From assembly GCA_020444425.1 (NCBI GenBank), contig JAHLLB010000001.1, forward strand, positions 266,938 through 330,937: a DNA stretch of 64,000 nucleotides. The letters are read 5' to 3'. Origin of the DNA: a bacterium. GTDB lineage: Bacteria; Electryoneota; Electryoneia; Electryoneales; Electryoneaceae. Shown here in pieces: positions 47,467 through 58,148 of this stretch (its first letter is position 1; every line of letters starts with the position of its first letter). Made by a program: the position numbers and the translations under genes. Under the pieces are notes generated by a model, which was given only the letters and a program-made list of their open reading frames with translations, was not told where the DNA came from and made no database searches.

Positions 47467-48855
47467 ATGAGCCAGTCTCATCCTTCTGCCCGGCCTCACC
47501 CGTCTGATGCAGAGATTGTAAACGCTCTTCTCGCCAGTGTTGCCTGCGGTGTCTTGATTCTCGATCACGAGCTACGAATCGTGCGCATCAACGATAGCGC
47601 CAGCGCGATTACCGGTGTTTCGTTGGAAACCGCGCGGGGCATGCGATGCTTTGAGATGCTCCGTCCGCAGGGCCGTTCAAAACGCTGCCTCGTCGATGAT
47701 TGCCTGACATTGAACAAAGCACATGATGAGCAGACCATGACCATCCTCGGTCGTGACGACATCGAATTGACGGTGCGTGTTGCCTGCCGGCTGATTCGTG
47801 ACGCGGAACGTGAGTTACTTGGAGTGGTGGTGACTTTCGGCGACCTGTCGACGGTACACGACCTGCGCCTCCGCATCGACCACCGAGCGTTGTTTCACGG
47901 CATGGTCTCGCAGGACCACATGATGCGCTCGATCTTCGAGGTGTTGCCACGCATGGCGCAGAGCAACAGTACGGTGCTGATTCGTGGCGAAACCGGCACC
48001 GGCAAGGACCTGATAGCCAGGGCCATCCACGACCTTTCGGAACGGTCGGCAAAACCTTTTGTCTCGGTCAATACCGCCGCTCTGCCGGACACGTTGCTCG
48101 AGGCGGAATTGTTTGGTCACACCAAGGGCGCGTTTACGGATGCGAAAGCTGACCGCGCTGGACGTATCGCGGTCGCCGAGGGCGGTACGCTGTTCCTGGA
48201 CGAAATCGGCGACATCAGCCCGATGATGCAGGTTAAGCTTCTCCGTTTCCTGCAGGAGCGAAAGTACGAACCGTTGGGATCGAGCCGGTCACGAAAGGCG
48301 GATGTGCGCGTGATCGCGGCGACCAACCGCAACCTCGAGCAGATGATGACCACCGGGCAGTTTCGTGAGGATTTCTTTTACCGGCTGAACGTGCTCACCA
48401 TCGACCTGCCGCCGTTGCGGGATCGGGTCAACGACATCCCATTGCTGGTCAGCCATTTTCTGCACGCGCTGGATTTGATCGAAGGTCACATCCCGCTGGA
48501 AGTTTCCACCGACGCGATGCAGGCGCTGGTAGCCTACGAGTATCCCGGCAACGTGCGCGAGTTGGAAAATATCATTGAACGGTCGGCGATTCTGTCGCGT
48601 GACCGGGTCCTCAACCTGCACGACCTGCCGGAGCATATGCGGTCGAATGGAAACGCGGCGACCAAGACGAGTGATTCGGACAAATTGTCCAACGGTTCTC
48701 CGGTCAAAGGGTTGACGCCAATGGAGCAGGCGGAACGCGAAGCGATCCGTTCGATGCTGCAACACAACCACGGCAACAAATTGCGCACGGCGGAAGCGTT
48801 GTCGATTTCCCGCACCACCTTGTGGCGCAAGTTGAAGAAGTACTCGCTCTTGTAG
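47467..48855 (+). CDS. Sigma-54-dependent transcriptional activator (PAS sensor, AAA+ sigma54-interaction domain, Fis-type HTH)
   Basis: The likely start is ATG at 47467 (MSQSHPSARP...). Walker A GETGTGKDLIARAIH. ESELFGH-type ELFGHTKGAFTDA. GAFTGA-equivalent. C-terminal HTH RTAEALSISRTTLWRKLKKY. Confidence 0.85.
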   Translation: MSQSHPSARPHPSDAEIVNALLASVACGVLILDHELRIVRINDSASAITGVSLETARGMRCFEMLRPQGRSKRCLVDDCLTLNKAHDEQTMTILGRDDIELTVRVACRLIRDAERELLGVVVTFGDLSTVHDLRLRIDHRALFHGMVSQDHMMRSIFEVLPRMAQSNSTVLIRGETGTGKDLIARAIHDLSERSAKPFVSVNTAALPDTLLEAELFGHTKGAFTDAKADRAGRIAVAEGGTLFLDEIGDISPMMQVKLLRFLQERKYEPLGSSRSRKADVRVIAATNRNLEQMMTTGQFREDFFYRLNVLTIDLPPLRDRVNDIPLLVSHFLHALDLIEGHIPLEVSTDAMQALVAYEYPGNVRELENIIERSAILSRDRVLNLHDLPEHMRSNGNAATKTSDSDKLSNGSPVKGLTPMEQAEREAIRSMLQHNHGNKLRTAEALSISRTTLWRKLKKYSLL

Positions 48856-49008
48856 ACCTTGAGTGAGATGGCTCGTGGACTCCCGCAGGCGTGCGAGTGC
48901 TGTATCCAAGTATATTGTCGCACACGTTTTTTGGCTGATGTGGATCACCTGGAGGACGGTTTGAGCGAAGACTTGCTGAGAACGCGAAATGTCTCATCTC
49001 GCAAGCAC

Positions 49009-50280
49009 ATGGACTTGTGCTGGTGTCTCGCGGTTGTTTTCGGGTTGGCGTTGTTCACTCCCGGAATCAGCCGGGCGTTCTTCGAAGACCTGTATGTGAG
49101 CGGGTTTGTCAGCCAGGGCTACTACAAGACTTCCGAGTACGATTTCATTCTCTCGAACAGCACCAAAGGCACGTCGGAGTTTAACGAAGCCGCGATATCG
49201 GTGCAGGCGAATCCGATCGAACGGCTGCGCATTGGCATCCAGTTGATCGCCACAGACGCAGGCGACATGGGCAACAACGAGATCCGTGTGGATTGGGCGT
49301 TCGGTGACTATCGCTGGCGTGACTGGCTCGGCTTCCGAGCTGGCAAGATCAAGATGCAGATGGGATTCTATAACATCGGGCGTGACATCGACATGTTACG
49401 TACGTCGATCTTCCTCCCGCAGAGTGTGTATTCGGAAAACTGGCGTGACTTCGCGATGGCGCAGGAAGGGATTAGTTTCTACGGCAATTCCGAAGCTGGC
49501 CCGGTGGGATCGGTTGAGTACGAAGCTTATGCCGGTGCATTGAACGTACCCGATCCCGACCACAGCTATTGGCAGCGGGCGTTTTCGTCGAGTGCGGAGT
49601 TCGATCTGGCAGTATTCAATGCCATGTTCGGCGGGGACACCCTGAGTTACGACCTGCAACAGATTGTCGGCATCAACCCGGCCTTCCCGTGGATTGCGGG
49701 CGGGTCGATGATCTGGAACACTCCGGTCGAAGGATTGCGTTTCGGTGCCTCCCTGATCACCGGGGAATACGAAATGACCTCAAAGGCGCTGGCATACGTG
49801 AACATTGTAGATCCGAACACCGGTGCCTTGAAGTCCAGCACCCTCGAAAGCCTGGATGTTCGTTGGGCTGCACGCTACCTGTTGTCCTTCTTCTCGGTGG
49901 AATACAGTTGGCGGCAGTTCATCCTGGCCGCCGAAACGCTACGGTTCGAGCAGGAGCATGAAATCAATCAAGGCACCTACATCATGCTGACCTGGGAACC
50001 GACGCCGGTATATTCGCTCAGCGGTTATGTCTCGGAATTCATTCCGGACATCGACAACCGTGACGGCAAGAACTTCGAGGATCCGCTGCGCAAGGATTTT
50101 ACCGCATGGCAACGTGAAGCGGTCCTGTCGGGCCGGGTAAACCTCACCAGCAACTGGCTGGTCAAGGCGGAGTTTCACGCCGTTGACGGCATCGGGCAGA
50201 TCTTCTACACGCCTGAGGTACTTGAGTCCAATTCTCGCTACTGGACAATGTTCGCGCTCAAGACAACGTTCCACTTTTAA
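49009..50280 (+). CDS. Hypothetical outer-membrane beta-barrel (porin-like) protein
   Basis: ORF 48859..50280. The likely start is ATG at 49009 (MDLCWCLAVVFGLALFTPGISRA). Alternating amphipathic beta-strand composition. C-terminal ...FALKTTFHF* carries the aromatic terminal residue typical of outer-membrane proteins. Confidence 0.4.
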   Translation: MDLCWCLAVVFGLALFTPGISRAFFEDLYVSGFVSQGYYKTSEYDFILSNSTKGTSEFNEAAISVQANPIERLRIGIQLIATDAGDMGNNEIRVDWAFGDYRWRDWLGFRAGKIKMQMGFYNIGRDIDMLRTSIFLPQSVYSENWRDFAMAQEGISFYGNSEAGPVGSVEYEAYAGALNVPDPDHSYWQRAFSSSAEFDLAVFNAMFGGDTLSYDLQQIVGINPAFPWIAGGSMIWNTPVEGLRFGASLITGEYEMTSKALAYVNIVDPNTGALKSSTLESLDVRWAARYLLSFFSVEYSWRQFILAAETLRFEQEHEINQGTYIMLTWEPTPVYSLSGYVSEFIPDIDNRDGKNFEDPLRKDFTAWQREAVLSGRVNLTSNWLVKAEFHAVDGIGQIFYTPEVLESNSRYWTMFALKTTFHF

Positions 50281-50292
50281 CCGGAGGATGAG

Positions 50293-50721
50293 ATGAAGCT
50301 TTCCCGGCTCAGCGTCCTCCTGATTGTGACGCTGCTGTTGTTTGTCGCAAGCGTGTCGCAGGCGTCCGGCGTGGTCGTGATTGTGAACCCGAACGTGGAA
50401 GATTCGTCATTGGATAAGGATCTGCTGACCCGGATCTACCAGGGCAAGGTCTCGCGTTGGCACAGCGACAGCAAGGTTGTACCGGTGATGTTGAAGGATG
50501 GTCCGACGCACGAGACCTTCACCACCGACTACATGGGAACAACTCCGTCCCGGTTTCGTACGTATTGGAAACAGGCAGTCTTCAGCGGACGAGGGATCCC
50601 ACCGAAATCGTTTGACAGCGAGTTGGAACTTGTCAAATATGTCGCGTCCACACCCGGCGCGATTGGCTATGTGTCCCCGCTGACACCGTTAACGGGCGTC
50701 AAGAAATTGACGATCCGTTGA
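50293..50721 (+). CDS. Secreted PstS-like (phosphate-binding PBP fold) domain protein, short form
   Basis: 142 aa with a signal peptide. LTRIYQGKVSRW and TPGAIGYVSP resemble conserved PstS segments (IYLGKITxW ... NPGAIGYVE). Confidence 0.45.
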   Translation: MKLSRLSVLLIVTLLLFVASVSQASGVVVIVNPNVEDSSLDKDLLTRIYQGKVSRWHSDSKVVPVMLKDGPTHETFTTDYMGTTPSRFRTYWKQAVFSGRGIPPKSFDSELELVKYVASTPGAIGYVSPLTPLTGVKKLTIR

Positions 50722-50761
50722 CACTGTCGCGGTTGAACGGCACATCCACTTCGGGATCTCG

Positions 50762-53593
50762 ATGAAGTTTACCACGAAAATCCTGATGATGCCGCTGGCG
50801 GCACTGCTGGCGTTGACGACAATCTTCGGGTTGTTGTGGCGCACGGGTACCACCACTCTGCAGCAGTATGACCTCATCCAGGAAGAGCACGTCCGTGCTC
50901 TGGAACTCAGTCACAAGATGGAAAAACTGGCGATTGAGATTCGCCAGAACCTGGCTGACGCGGCCACGGTCGGCGATCCGGACCGTGTCCTCGAAGCGGA
51001 CAGCCTCGCACGTGAATTTCGTGCCGGTCTGCAGGAATTCAAGAGCATTCCCAGCGTTGATGTGGCCAGCGTGACTGTCGTCGGTGCCACCTTCAGCGAG
51101 TATTATGATCACGCGCGCAGTACCTCGTTGCAGATGCTGGATCAGGAGTTGAGTGACGACCTGATTGCGGAAGCGATCCAGATGAATGCCGATTTCGAGC
51201 AGTTGGTCGACCAGCTCGATGTTGCCACGCAACGGCGGCAGCAGGGCATCGAGGACGCGTTCGATGTCGCCCGCGACAGTCTGCAGCACTCAGGCAAGGG
51301 GATCAGCCTGACCATTCTCGCCTTGCTGCTGGTGTTGCTGGCAGTCTCATTCGCCGCAATTGCGTCGGTGCTGAGACCGCTGCGCCGCTTGATGAATGCC
51401 ACCGAGGCGATTACACGTGGCGATTTAAACGCCAACATCGACTACGACTGCAAGGATGAGATGGGCCGTTTGGCTGACTCGTTCCGGCATATGCAAGCCA
51501 GTTTGATCGCCGACATCGAGCGCCGCGAGAAGATGGAAACGGCGATCCGTGACAGTGAAAAAATGTACCGGCTACTGGCGGACAACAGTTCCGATGTCAT
51601 CTGGACGACGGACCGGGAAGGCCGGTTCACGTATTTCAGCCCGTCCGTGCAGCGTCACCTCGGCTACACCCCCACCGAAGCGATCGGGTTGATGATGGAA
51701 GATCTGTTCCCGGACACGGAGTGTGTCGAGTTCCGGGCGGCAACCGAACAGCTGTTCGACCGCAAGAACGTCCGCCACGATTCCATCCAGGATACCAAAC
51801 TGCTGCGCCGTAAGGACGGCAACACCTTCTGGTCCGAGATAACAGCCAACCTGCTGATCGACGAAACCGGCGAGGCGGTCGGCTTGAGTGGTGTCGCACG
51901 CGACATCACCGACCGCAAGCTGGCGCAGGAAGCGTTGCGCGAGAGCGAGGAGCGGCTGCGTTCCATCTTCATGAACAGCACGCTCGGCATTTTCCGCACC
52001 ACGCCACAGGGCAAAGTCATCGCCGCGAATCCCGCGGCCGCAGAGATGTTCGGCTACGAAGATCCCGAAGAAACCGCGCGTGCGATCGACGACATTTCGC
52101 AGGAACTTTATGCCGACCCGGAAGATCGAGTCTGGGTGATGGAAGCGTTGCAGCTCAACGGGCAGATGAACGCTGAGTTGATGTTCCGCCGTCGCGGCGC
52201 GGACAATTCCCACTTCCCCGCTCAGCTGAATTTGTGGACGGTGGCGAACGAGGACGGCAGCATCCGCTGTATCGAGGGCATGATCGAAGACATCACCGAC
52301 CGCCGCCAGTTGCTGGAAGCGGTGCGGCAGAGCGAGGAACGGCTGCAGCTCGCATTTGACGCCGCCAATGACGGTCTCTTTGATCACAACCTGAAGACCG
52401 GCTCGATGTACCTCAGCCCTCGCTATTACAGCATGCTCGGCTATGAATCTGGTGATTTCGAACCGAGCATGCACAAAGTCATCGAATTGCTGCATCCCGA
52501 TGATTATGAAAAAGGTCCGGAAGCATTTGAGAAGCATATTCAAACCGGAGATCCGTACGATCTGGAAGCACGCTTCCGCCACAAAAACGGCGAGTGGATC
52601 TGGATTCACACTCGTGGCAAGGTCGTCGAGTGGGACGAAGATGGCGACCCGATGCGGTTCGTCGGCACGAACGTCGACATCACCAAGCGCAAGCAGGCTG
52701 AAGAGGAACTCAAGCTGGCGCAGCAGGAACTGCTGGACGCCGCCCATAACGCCGGCATGGCCGAGATCGCCACCAGCGTGCTGCACAACGTCGGCAACGC
52801 ATTAAACGGCGCAATCACCTCCACAACGGTGATGGACAAAACGCTGAAACACACCCGTCTGAGCCATCTTACCCGTCTCGCGGACTTGATCGATCAGCAC
52901 AAGGACGACCTCGCGAACTTCGTCGCCAACAGCGAACAGGGCAGGAAGCTGCCGCAGTTCTTCAATCAGCTGAGCGGAGTGATATCCGGCGAGCACGCAA
53001 AAATCAAAGACGAACTGCACTCATTAGAGAAGAGTCACGAACACATCCGTCAGATCATCGCACTGCAACAGCAGTATGCGGGTATGCCGGGGTACAGGGA
53101 AGATGTATTCGCGGCGGAACTGGTCAACGACGCGGTGCAGCTGTTCGGCGCGTCATTCCAGCGGCACAACATCAAGTTCAAGATCGACCGTCCGAAGAAC
53201 CTGCCGGCGGTTCACGTTGAAAAGCACAAGGTGCTGCAGATCCTGATCAACCTGCTGAAAAACGCGCGTGACGCTGTGAGAGAGGTGGACCGTAGCGATC
53301 GTGAGATCAAGGTGCACATCCATCAGAACGGGAACGACAATCTGAAAATCGAGGTGAAGGATAATGGTATCGGCATCCGTGGCGAGGATATGCAGAAGAT
53401 CTTCGGCTACGGATTCACGACCAAGCGGGACGGACACGGCTACGGCCTGCACGGTTGCGCGAACAGTGCCCGGGAGATGGGCGGTGAACTGACAGCCAGC
53501 AGCGAAGGGGCGAACCAGGGTGCTACCTTCACGCTGACGCTTCCACTGGAAGAAACCGAGGATCAACGTGCCCGAACCGCAGACGTGGAATAA
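50762..53593 (+). CDS. Multi-PAS sensor histidine kinase (periplasmic/HAMP N-terminus, 3-4 PAS/PAC domains, kinase core)
   Basis: 943 aa. TM plus HAMP-like segment. PAS repeats (DVIWTTDREGRFTYFSPSV; TLGIFRTTPQGKVIAANPAAAEMFGY; NDGLFDHNLKTGSMYLSPRYYSMLGY). Phospho-acceptor region EIATSVLHNVGNAL. HATPase G-boxes (KDNGIGIRGEDMQKIF; GHGYGLHG). Confidence 0.8.
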   Translation: MKFTTKILMMPLAALLALTTIFGLLWRTGTTTLQQYDLIQEEHVRALELSHKMEKLAIEIRQNLADAATVGDPDRVLEADSLAREFRAGLQEFKSIPSVDVASVTVVGATFSEYYDHARSTSLQMLDQELSDDLIAEAIQMNADFEQLVDQLDVATQRRQQGIEDAFDVARDSLQHSGKGISLTILALLLVLLAVSFAAIASVLRPLRRLMNATEAITRGDLNANIDYDCKDEMGRLADSFRHMQASLIADIERREKMETAIRDSEKMYRLLADNSSDVIWTTDREGRFTYFSPSVQRHLGYTPTEAIGLMMEDLFPDTECVEFRAATEQLFDRKNVRHDSIQDTKLLRRKDGNTFWSEITANLLIDETGEAVGLSGVARDITDRKLAQEALRESEERLRSIFMNSTLGIFRTTPQGKVIAANPAAAEMFGYEDPEETARAIDDISQELYADPEDRVWVMEALQLNGQMNAELMFRRRGADNSHFPAQLNLWTVANEDGSIRCIEGMIEDITDRRQLLEAVRQSEERLQLAFDAANDGLFDHNLKTGSMYLSPRYYSMLGYESGDFEPSMHKVIELLHPDDYEKGPEAFEKHIQTGDPYDLEARFRHKNGEWIWIHTRGKVVEWDEDGDPMRFVGTNVDITKRKQAEEELKLAQQELLDAAHNAGMAEIATSVLHNVGNALNGAITSTTVMDKTLKHTRLSHLTRLADLIDQHKDDLANFVANSEQGRKLPQFFNQLSGVISGEHAKIKDELHSLEKSHEHIRQIIALQQQYAGMPGYREDVFAAELVNDAVQLFGASFQRHNIKFKIDRPKNLPAVHVEKHKVLQILINLLKNARDAVREVDRSDREIKVHIHQNGNDNLKIEVKDNGIGIRGEDMQKIFGYGFTTKRDGHGYGLHGCANSAREMGGELTASSEGANQGATFTLTLPLEETEDQRARTADVE

Positions 53594-54995
53594 TCGTCGC
53601 ATCCTCCTCGTGGACGACCAGGAACAGATCCACGAAGACTACCGCAAGATTCTCACGCCGGACGACTCCCACGGGCAGGAAGTTGACCAGCTCGCCAGCG
53701 ACTTTTTCGGCGACGGCGACACCGAGTCGTCCGCCGAAAACAGCAACCATGTCGATCTTCCCTCCTTCCAACTGGAATCCGCTTACCAGGGTCAGTCAGC
53801 GCTGGAAATGGTGAAGCAGGCGCTGGAGGCGGGAATTCCCTACTCGCTGGCATTGGTTGATGTGCGGATGCCGCCGGGCTGGGACGGTATCGAGACCATC
53901 GACCGCATCCTCCGTGTCGACAAGGATATCCAGATCGTCATCTGCACCGCCTATGCCGACTATGTCTGGGAGGATATCCACGACAAGTTCGGCGCGCGGG
54001 ACAATATCTTGTTCATGCGGAAGCCGTTCGACGCGACCGAAGTGCAGCAGCTCGCGTGCACATTGACCGAAAAATGGAACCTCGCGCGCCGGGCGAGGAT
54101 GAAAGTCGAGGAGCTTGAAACCCTCGCCGATCAGCGCACGCGTGAACTGCAACGGAGCAACGAGGAGTTGCAGGATGCGATGAAGGATCTGCGCCGGACT
54201 CAGGTGCAGTTGATCCAGTCGGAAAAGATGGCGTCGCTGGGTTCGATGGTCGCCGGGGTCGCGCATGAGATCAACACCCCGATCGGTGCCGTTGCCAGCA
54301 TGCACAGCACGCTTGTCAGCGCGATCAAGCGGATGAACGTCATTCTCAGCGACCTGTGCGACGAAACCGATCCGCGTCTGAAGAAGCTGGAAAAGACGAT
54401 GAAGGTGATCGGCGACGCGAACCGGGTGATTGCGTCCGGGACAGAACGTGTCACCACCATCGTCAAACGGCTGAAGAGTTTCGCGCGGCTGGATGAGGCC
54501 GAACTGAAGACGGTCAACATTCACCAGGGCATCGACGATACCCTCGAAATCGCGCATCACGAGCTGAAGTATGCGGTGAAAGTAGTTCGGGAGTACGGAG
54601 ATGTGCCGGAGTTCGCCTGCTTCCCTAGCAAGTTGAACCAGGTATTCCTCAACCTGTTCATGAACAGCCGGCAGGCGATCGAAACCACGGGCACCCTGAC
54701 GATTCGCACACGGATCGAAAACAGTCAGGCCGTGATCGAAATCGCTGACACCGGCAAGGGCATCAAAGCAGAGCATTTGAAGCGCATATTCGACCCAGGT
54801 TTCACGACGAAGGGCGTCGGGGTCGGCACCGGGCTCGGTCTGTCCATCGTTTACCAGATCATCGAAGAGCATTTCGGCACCATCGACGTGACCAGCGAAG
54901 TCGGTTCTGGGACAACATTTACCATCCGTCTGCCGCTGGATCTGGAAGAGCGCATCGAGCGGAAGAAAGCGAACGGTCAACGCCCGTCTGCGTAA
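53568..54995 (+). CDS. Hybrid response-regulator/histidine kinase (N-terminal receiver, HisKA, HATPase)
   Basis: GTG start; overlaps the upstream kinase gene by 26 nt. Receiver LLVDDQEQIHEDY...LALVDVRMPPGWDGIETI. H-box KMASLGSMVAGVAHEINTPIGAV. G-boxes DTGKGIKAEHLKRIFDPGFTTKGVGVGTGLGLSIV. Confidence 0.8.
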   Translation: MPEPQTWNNRRILLVDDQEQIHEDYRKILTPDDSHGQEVDQLASDFFGDGDTESSAENSNHVDLPSFQLESAYQGQSALEMVKQALEAGIPYSLALVDVRMPPGWDGIETIDRILRVDKDIQIVICTAYADYVWEDIHDKFGARDNILFMRKPFDATEVQQLACTLTEKWNLARRARMKVEELETLADQRTRELQRSNEELQDAMKDLRRTQVQLIQSEKMASLGSMVAGVAHEINTPIGAVASMHSTLVSAIKRMNVILSDLCDETDPRLKKLEKTMKVIGDANRVIASGTERVTTIVKRLKSFARLDEAELKTVNIHQGIDDTLEIAHHELKYAVKVVREYGDVPEFACFPSKLNQVFLNLFMNSRQAIETTGTLTIRTRIENSQAVIEIADTGKGIKAEHLKRIFDPGFTTKGVGVGTGLGLSIVYQIIEEHFGTIDVTSEVGSGTTFTIRLPLDLEERIERKKANGQRPSA

Positions 54996-55157
54996 GGTGA
55001 TTGACGAAGCGTGGAGCGCTCTCTGGCGCTCTTGCAGGTATCCAGGATTCCTCCCTCCCGCGCATCCCGTCCTATACTCACATTTATCTTTTTCCGGCCG
55101 GTTCCAACGGCACCTCAGGGTTCACCACGATCGGTTTCGATTGCGGCGGGAGAACGC

Positions 55158-56480
55158 ATGAAGCCATTGCTCAGATCTGTTTCGATTGGACTAGCGGTTA
55201 TCCTCTTAGCGGGTCTCGCTCTTTGTCCAGCGCAAGTCCGGGCTGAAGACGCGGATACCATTTACCAACCATCCATGACACACGCGGACAGCGTCAAAGC
55301 GTGGCAGGAAGCGGTTGAAAACGACAATGCGCTCGATGTCACCGGTGACGTCATCGGGGAAGTGGTGTTTTTCCCGTTGCGGGTCGTATTCACCGGTGTA
55401 CGCGAAGGCGCGCGGATCGTCAGCGAAGAGCAATTGATCGCGAAGGTGGACGATCTCCTCTCGTCAGATGATGGCACCCGCCGTGTCGTGCCCATCGCCT
55501 CGCCGACCACCGGTCTCGGCGCGAAGTTCAAGTACAAGCCGGATCCCACCATCAAGGCGAACATCGCTCTGCTCGGCGCGTGGTGGACCTACGGCCGTCA
55601 AACCTACCGTCTGCACGCGGAAAAGTGGCCGCTGCTGCCGAATGTGACCGGTCACCTCGCCGGTGAGTATCACCTCTACCCCGATGAACGGTACTACGGC
55701 ATCGGGATGGCGTCGAAGAAGTCCGACGAGGTGTTCTACCGGCACGAGGCAACGTTCGCGGAACTCGGTCTCGGGTTTAACCTGCATCGCTGGCTGGAGC
55801 TGACCGCGCACGGCGACTACCGTGCGAACAATCTCTACAACAGCGTACTGAAACCGACTGTCGACGTTGACACCTACGGCAGTGTGCAGAACCTGTCGCC
55901 CTATTCGGGCCGCATCGACTTGGTCAGCACCGAACTGGCGCTCGAATTCAACACGTCGATCAACCCCGCTCGTCCAATGAACGGGTTCGTCACCAAAGTC
56001 TCCGGCGGGTATCACAACCAGGTGGGTGACGATGTTTTCGGCTACTGGGACTCGCGCGTCCTGATCGGGAAATACTTTCACATCATGTACGAACGGGTGC
56101 TGTATTTCGACATCGCCGGGCAATTTACGGAACCGCTGAATGATCGCGTGATTCCGTTCTTCGAGCTTCCGGAGCTGGGTGGCCGGGAAACGTTACGCGG
56201 GTTCAAACGCGGACGCTACAGCGGCGAACACACGGTGCAGGGCACGGTCGAATATCGCCTGCCGATCCGTGACATCTGGTCCGCGTCGGGCTTCGATTTC
56301 GCCTTCTTTGCCGACTGGGGCAAGGTGGTGCAGGATGATGTCAGCGACTGGGACATGGATTCAATGCAGATCGGGTATGGATTCAGCTTGCAAACGTGGA
56401 CGCTGGCCGGTGCGGCAGCGCGTCTGGATGTTGGCTTCAGCCGTGAAGGCACGCGGCTTTACTTCACCATGGGGTTGTGA
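55158..56480 (+). CDS. Outer-membrane protein, probable Omp85-family (bacterial surface antigen) beta-barrel
   Basis: ORF 55011..56480. The likely start is ATG at 55158 (MKPLLRSVSIGLAVILLAGLALCPAQVRA). The C-terminal third (ELGGRETLRGFKRGRYSGEHTVQGTVEYRLPI...DFAFFADWG...LYFTMGL*) resembles the Bac_surface_Ag barrel. Confidence 0.5.
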   Translation: MKPLLRSVSIGLAVILLAGLALCPAQVRAEDADTIYQPSMTHADSVKAWQEAVENDNALDVTGDVIGEVVFFPLRVVFTGVREGARIVSEEQLIAKVDDLLSSDDGTRRVVPIASPTTGLGAKFKYKPDPTIKANIALLGAWWTYGRQTYRLHAEKWPLLPNVTGHLAGEYHLYPDERYYGIGMASKKSDEVFYRHEATFAELGLGFNLHRWLELTAHGDYRANNLYNSVLKPTVDVDTYGSVQNLSPYSGRIDLVSTELALEFNTSINPARPMNGFVTKVSGGYHNQVGDDVFGYWDSRVLIGKYFHIMYERVLYFDIAGQFTEPLNDRVIPFFELPELGGRETLRGFKRGRYSGEHTVQGTVEYRLPIRDIWSASGFDFAFFADWGKVVQDDVSDWDMDSMQIGYGFSLQTWTLAGAAARLDVGFSREGTRLYFTMGL

Positions 56481-58147
56481 TCATGAAAACACGCAACTCC
56501 ATGATCGTGCTGCTCGTTTTAGTGACGCTGGCCGGTTCGTGCTTCGCTGAGGCGTACACCCCTCCCCCGCCGGTCCCGGACGACAGGGCACCGATCCCGA
56601 AGCCGGAGTACGAAGGAGCGAAAGATGACTTCGCGGAAGGCATCAACTACGAGTTCATCTACAGCCTTAAAAACACGCTGAACATCAGCCGTCAGATCCG
56701 TTTGCTGACCGACACGCCGAAGCAAGCGCTGAACGTGAACGCATTCGGCGAAGTGGACGACAACTCGTGGTTCACCAACCGCAACGCGCGACACCCGATG
56801 AGCCTGGACGAAATTTCACGCGGGGCGTGCAGCGGTGACGGTCCGGATACGGAACACACGTGGATCATCAAGCGTGCGAAAGCGGAAGGTGTCACTCCCG
56901 GCTTTCACATCAAAGACGCCCGCGGCGACCGCTACGTGATTAAGTTCGACCCGATCGGCTACGGTGGGTTGAACTCCGGCGCGGATGCCTGCGGTGCGAA
57001 GTTCTTCTACGCGGCGGGCTACAACACCCCGGAGAACTACATCGTCTATTTTGATCCCGCCATCCTGCAGCTCGATCCGGACGGCGTGTCGTTCACCGAT
57101 TCCGATGGCCGCAAACGGCACATGACCGAGGAGGATCTGGACGCCGTCCTTGAGCGTGTCAACATCCTGCCGGACGGTCGCATTCAGTGCCTCGCCAGCA
57201 AGTATATCCAGGGCGACCTTCTCGGCCCGTTCTCGTTCAAGGGCACTCGCGAGGATGACCCGAACGACTTCATCCCGCACCATCATCGCCGTGAGCTGCG
57301 TGGGCAGAAGGCGTTCGCGGTCTGGGTCAATCACTATGACGCCAAGGGCGCGAACTCGATGGACGCCTACGTCGGCGAGGATGGCGAAGGTCATGTCGTT
57401 CACTACATGATGGACTTCGGCACGGTGCTCGGTTCCGGTGGACGCGGACCATATCCGCTGTTCCGCGGCTACGAGGATGAAATCCCGACCGGTCCGTTGA
57501 TGCGAAAGATCGTCACCATCGGTCTCGACGTTCGTGACTACGAAAAGCCGGACTCGGTACTGTATCCGAGTGTCGGCAGATTGCGGAATGCGTCCCTGAA
57601 CCCGGACAAGTACCGCACCGTGTTCCCGAATCCGGCGTACGACAACGCCACTGATCTCGACATGTATTGGGGCACGAAGCTGGTGACGTCATTCACGGAT
57701 GAACAGATCCGGGCGATCATCGAGACCGGTCCGTATCCGGCAGGTGGAGTTGATCACCTGGTCAACGTGCTCAGCGAACGACGTGATATCATCGGCCGCA
57801 CCTACTTCGGCCGGGTCAATTGCCTTGACCGGTTCGAAATGGTCGACAGGGATGTGCTCGCGTTCGACGACCTCTGGGTTGAGATGGGCTACGGCGAAGC
57901 GGACGAGGTCGTGTACAACTACGAACTGCAGAATGAGGACGGCGAAGTCCTCTCCAGCGGCGAATTTGCCGGCACCGAGCTCGAGCTGCCCCTGATCCCG
58001 GACAAGCTTGGTGACCATCGACAGGTAAGAGTGGAGTTGCGTCTGAAGCGGAGTGATGAAAAGAAGTTCGGGCGATACGTTCAAGTATGGCTCGAAGACG
58101 ATCTCGCAGGCGGGTATCGTCTCCTCGGTGTGGAACGGGAGGAATAG
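56477..58147 (+). CDS. Hypothetical lipoprotein
   Basis: 556 aa. Lipobox LVTLAGSC. Start overlaps the upstream stop (GTGATCATG; GTG at 56477 or ATG at 56483). No recognised catalytic motifs. Confidence 0.45.
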   Translation: MIMKTRNSMIVLLVLVTLAGSCFAEAYTPPPPVPDDRAPIPKPEYEGAKDDFAEGINYEFIYSLKNTLNISRQIRLLTDTPKQALNVNAFGEVDDNSWFTNRNARHPMSLDEISRGACSGDGPDTEHTWIIKRAKAEGVTPGFHIKDARGDRYVIKFDPIGYGGLNSGADACGAKFFYAAGYNTPENYIVYFDPAILQLDPDGVSFTDSDGRKRHMTEEDLDAVLERVNILPDGRIQCLASKYIQGDLLGPFSFKGTREDDPNDFIPHHHRRELRGQKAFAVWVNHYDAKGANSMDAYVGEDGEGHVVHYMMDFGTVLGSGGRGPYPLFRGYEDEIPTGPLMRKIVTIGLDVRDYEKPDSVLYPSVGRLRNASLNPDKYRTVFPNPAYDNATDLDMYWGTKLVTSFTDEQIRAIIETGPYPAGGVDHLVNVLSERRDIIGRTYFGRVNCLDRFEMVDRDVLAFDDLWVEMGYGEADEVVYNYELQNEDGEVLSSGEFAGTELELPLIPDKLGDHRQVRVELRLKRSDEKKFGRYVQVWLEDDLAGGYRLLGVEREE

Positions 58148-58148
58148 A

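Noticed and set aside
51572-54980. Long minus-strand ORFs 51572..52786 and 53796..54980
   Set aside because: Antisense to the two histidine kinase genes. No recognisable domains.
58053-58148. 5' extension of the metallophosphoesterase ORF
   Set aside because: Overlaps the upstream lipoprotein gene in another frame. GTG at 58149 is preceded by GGGAGGAA and starts a lipoprotein signal.
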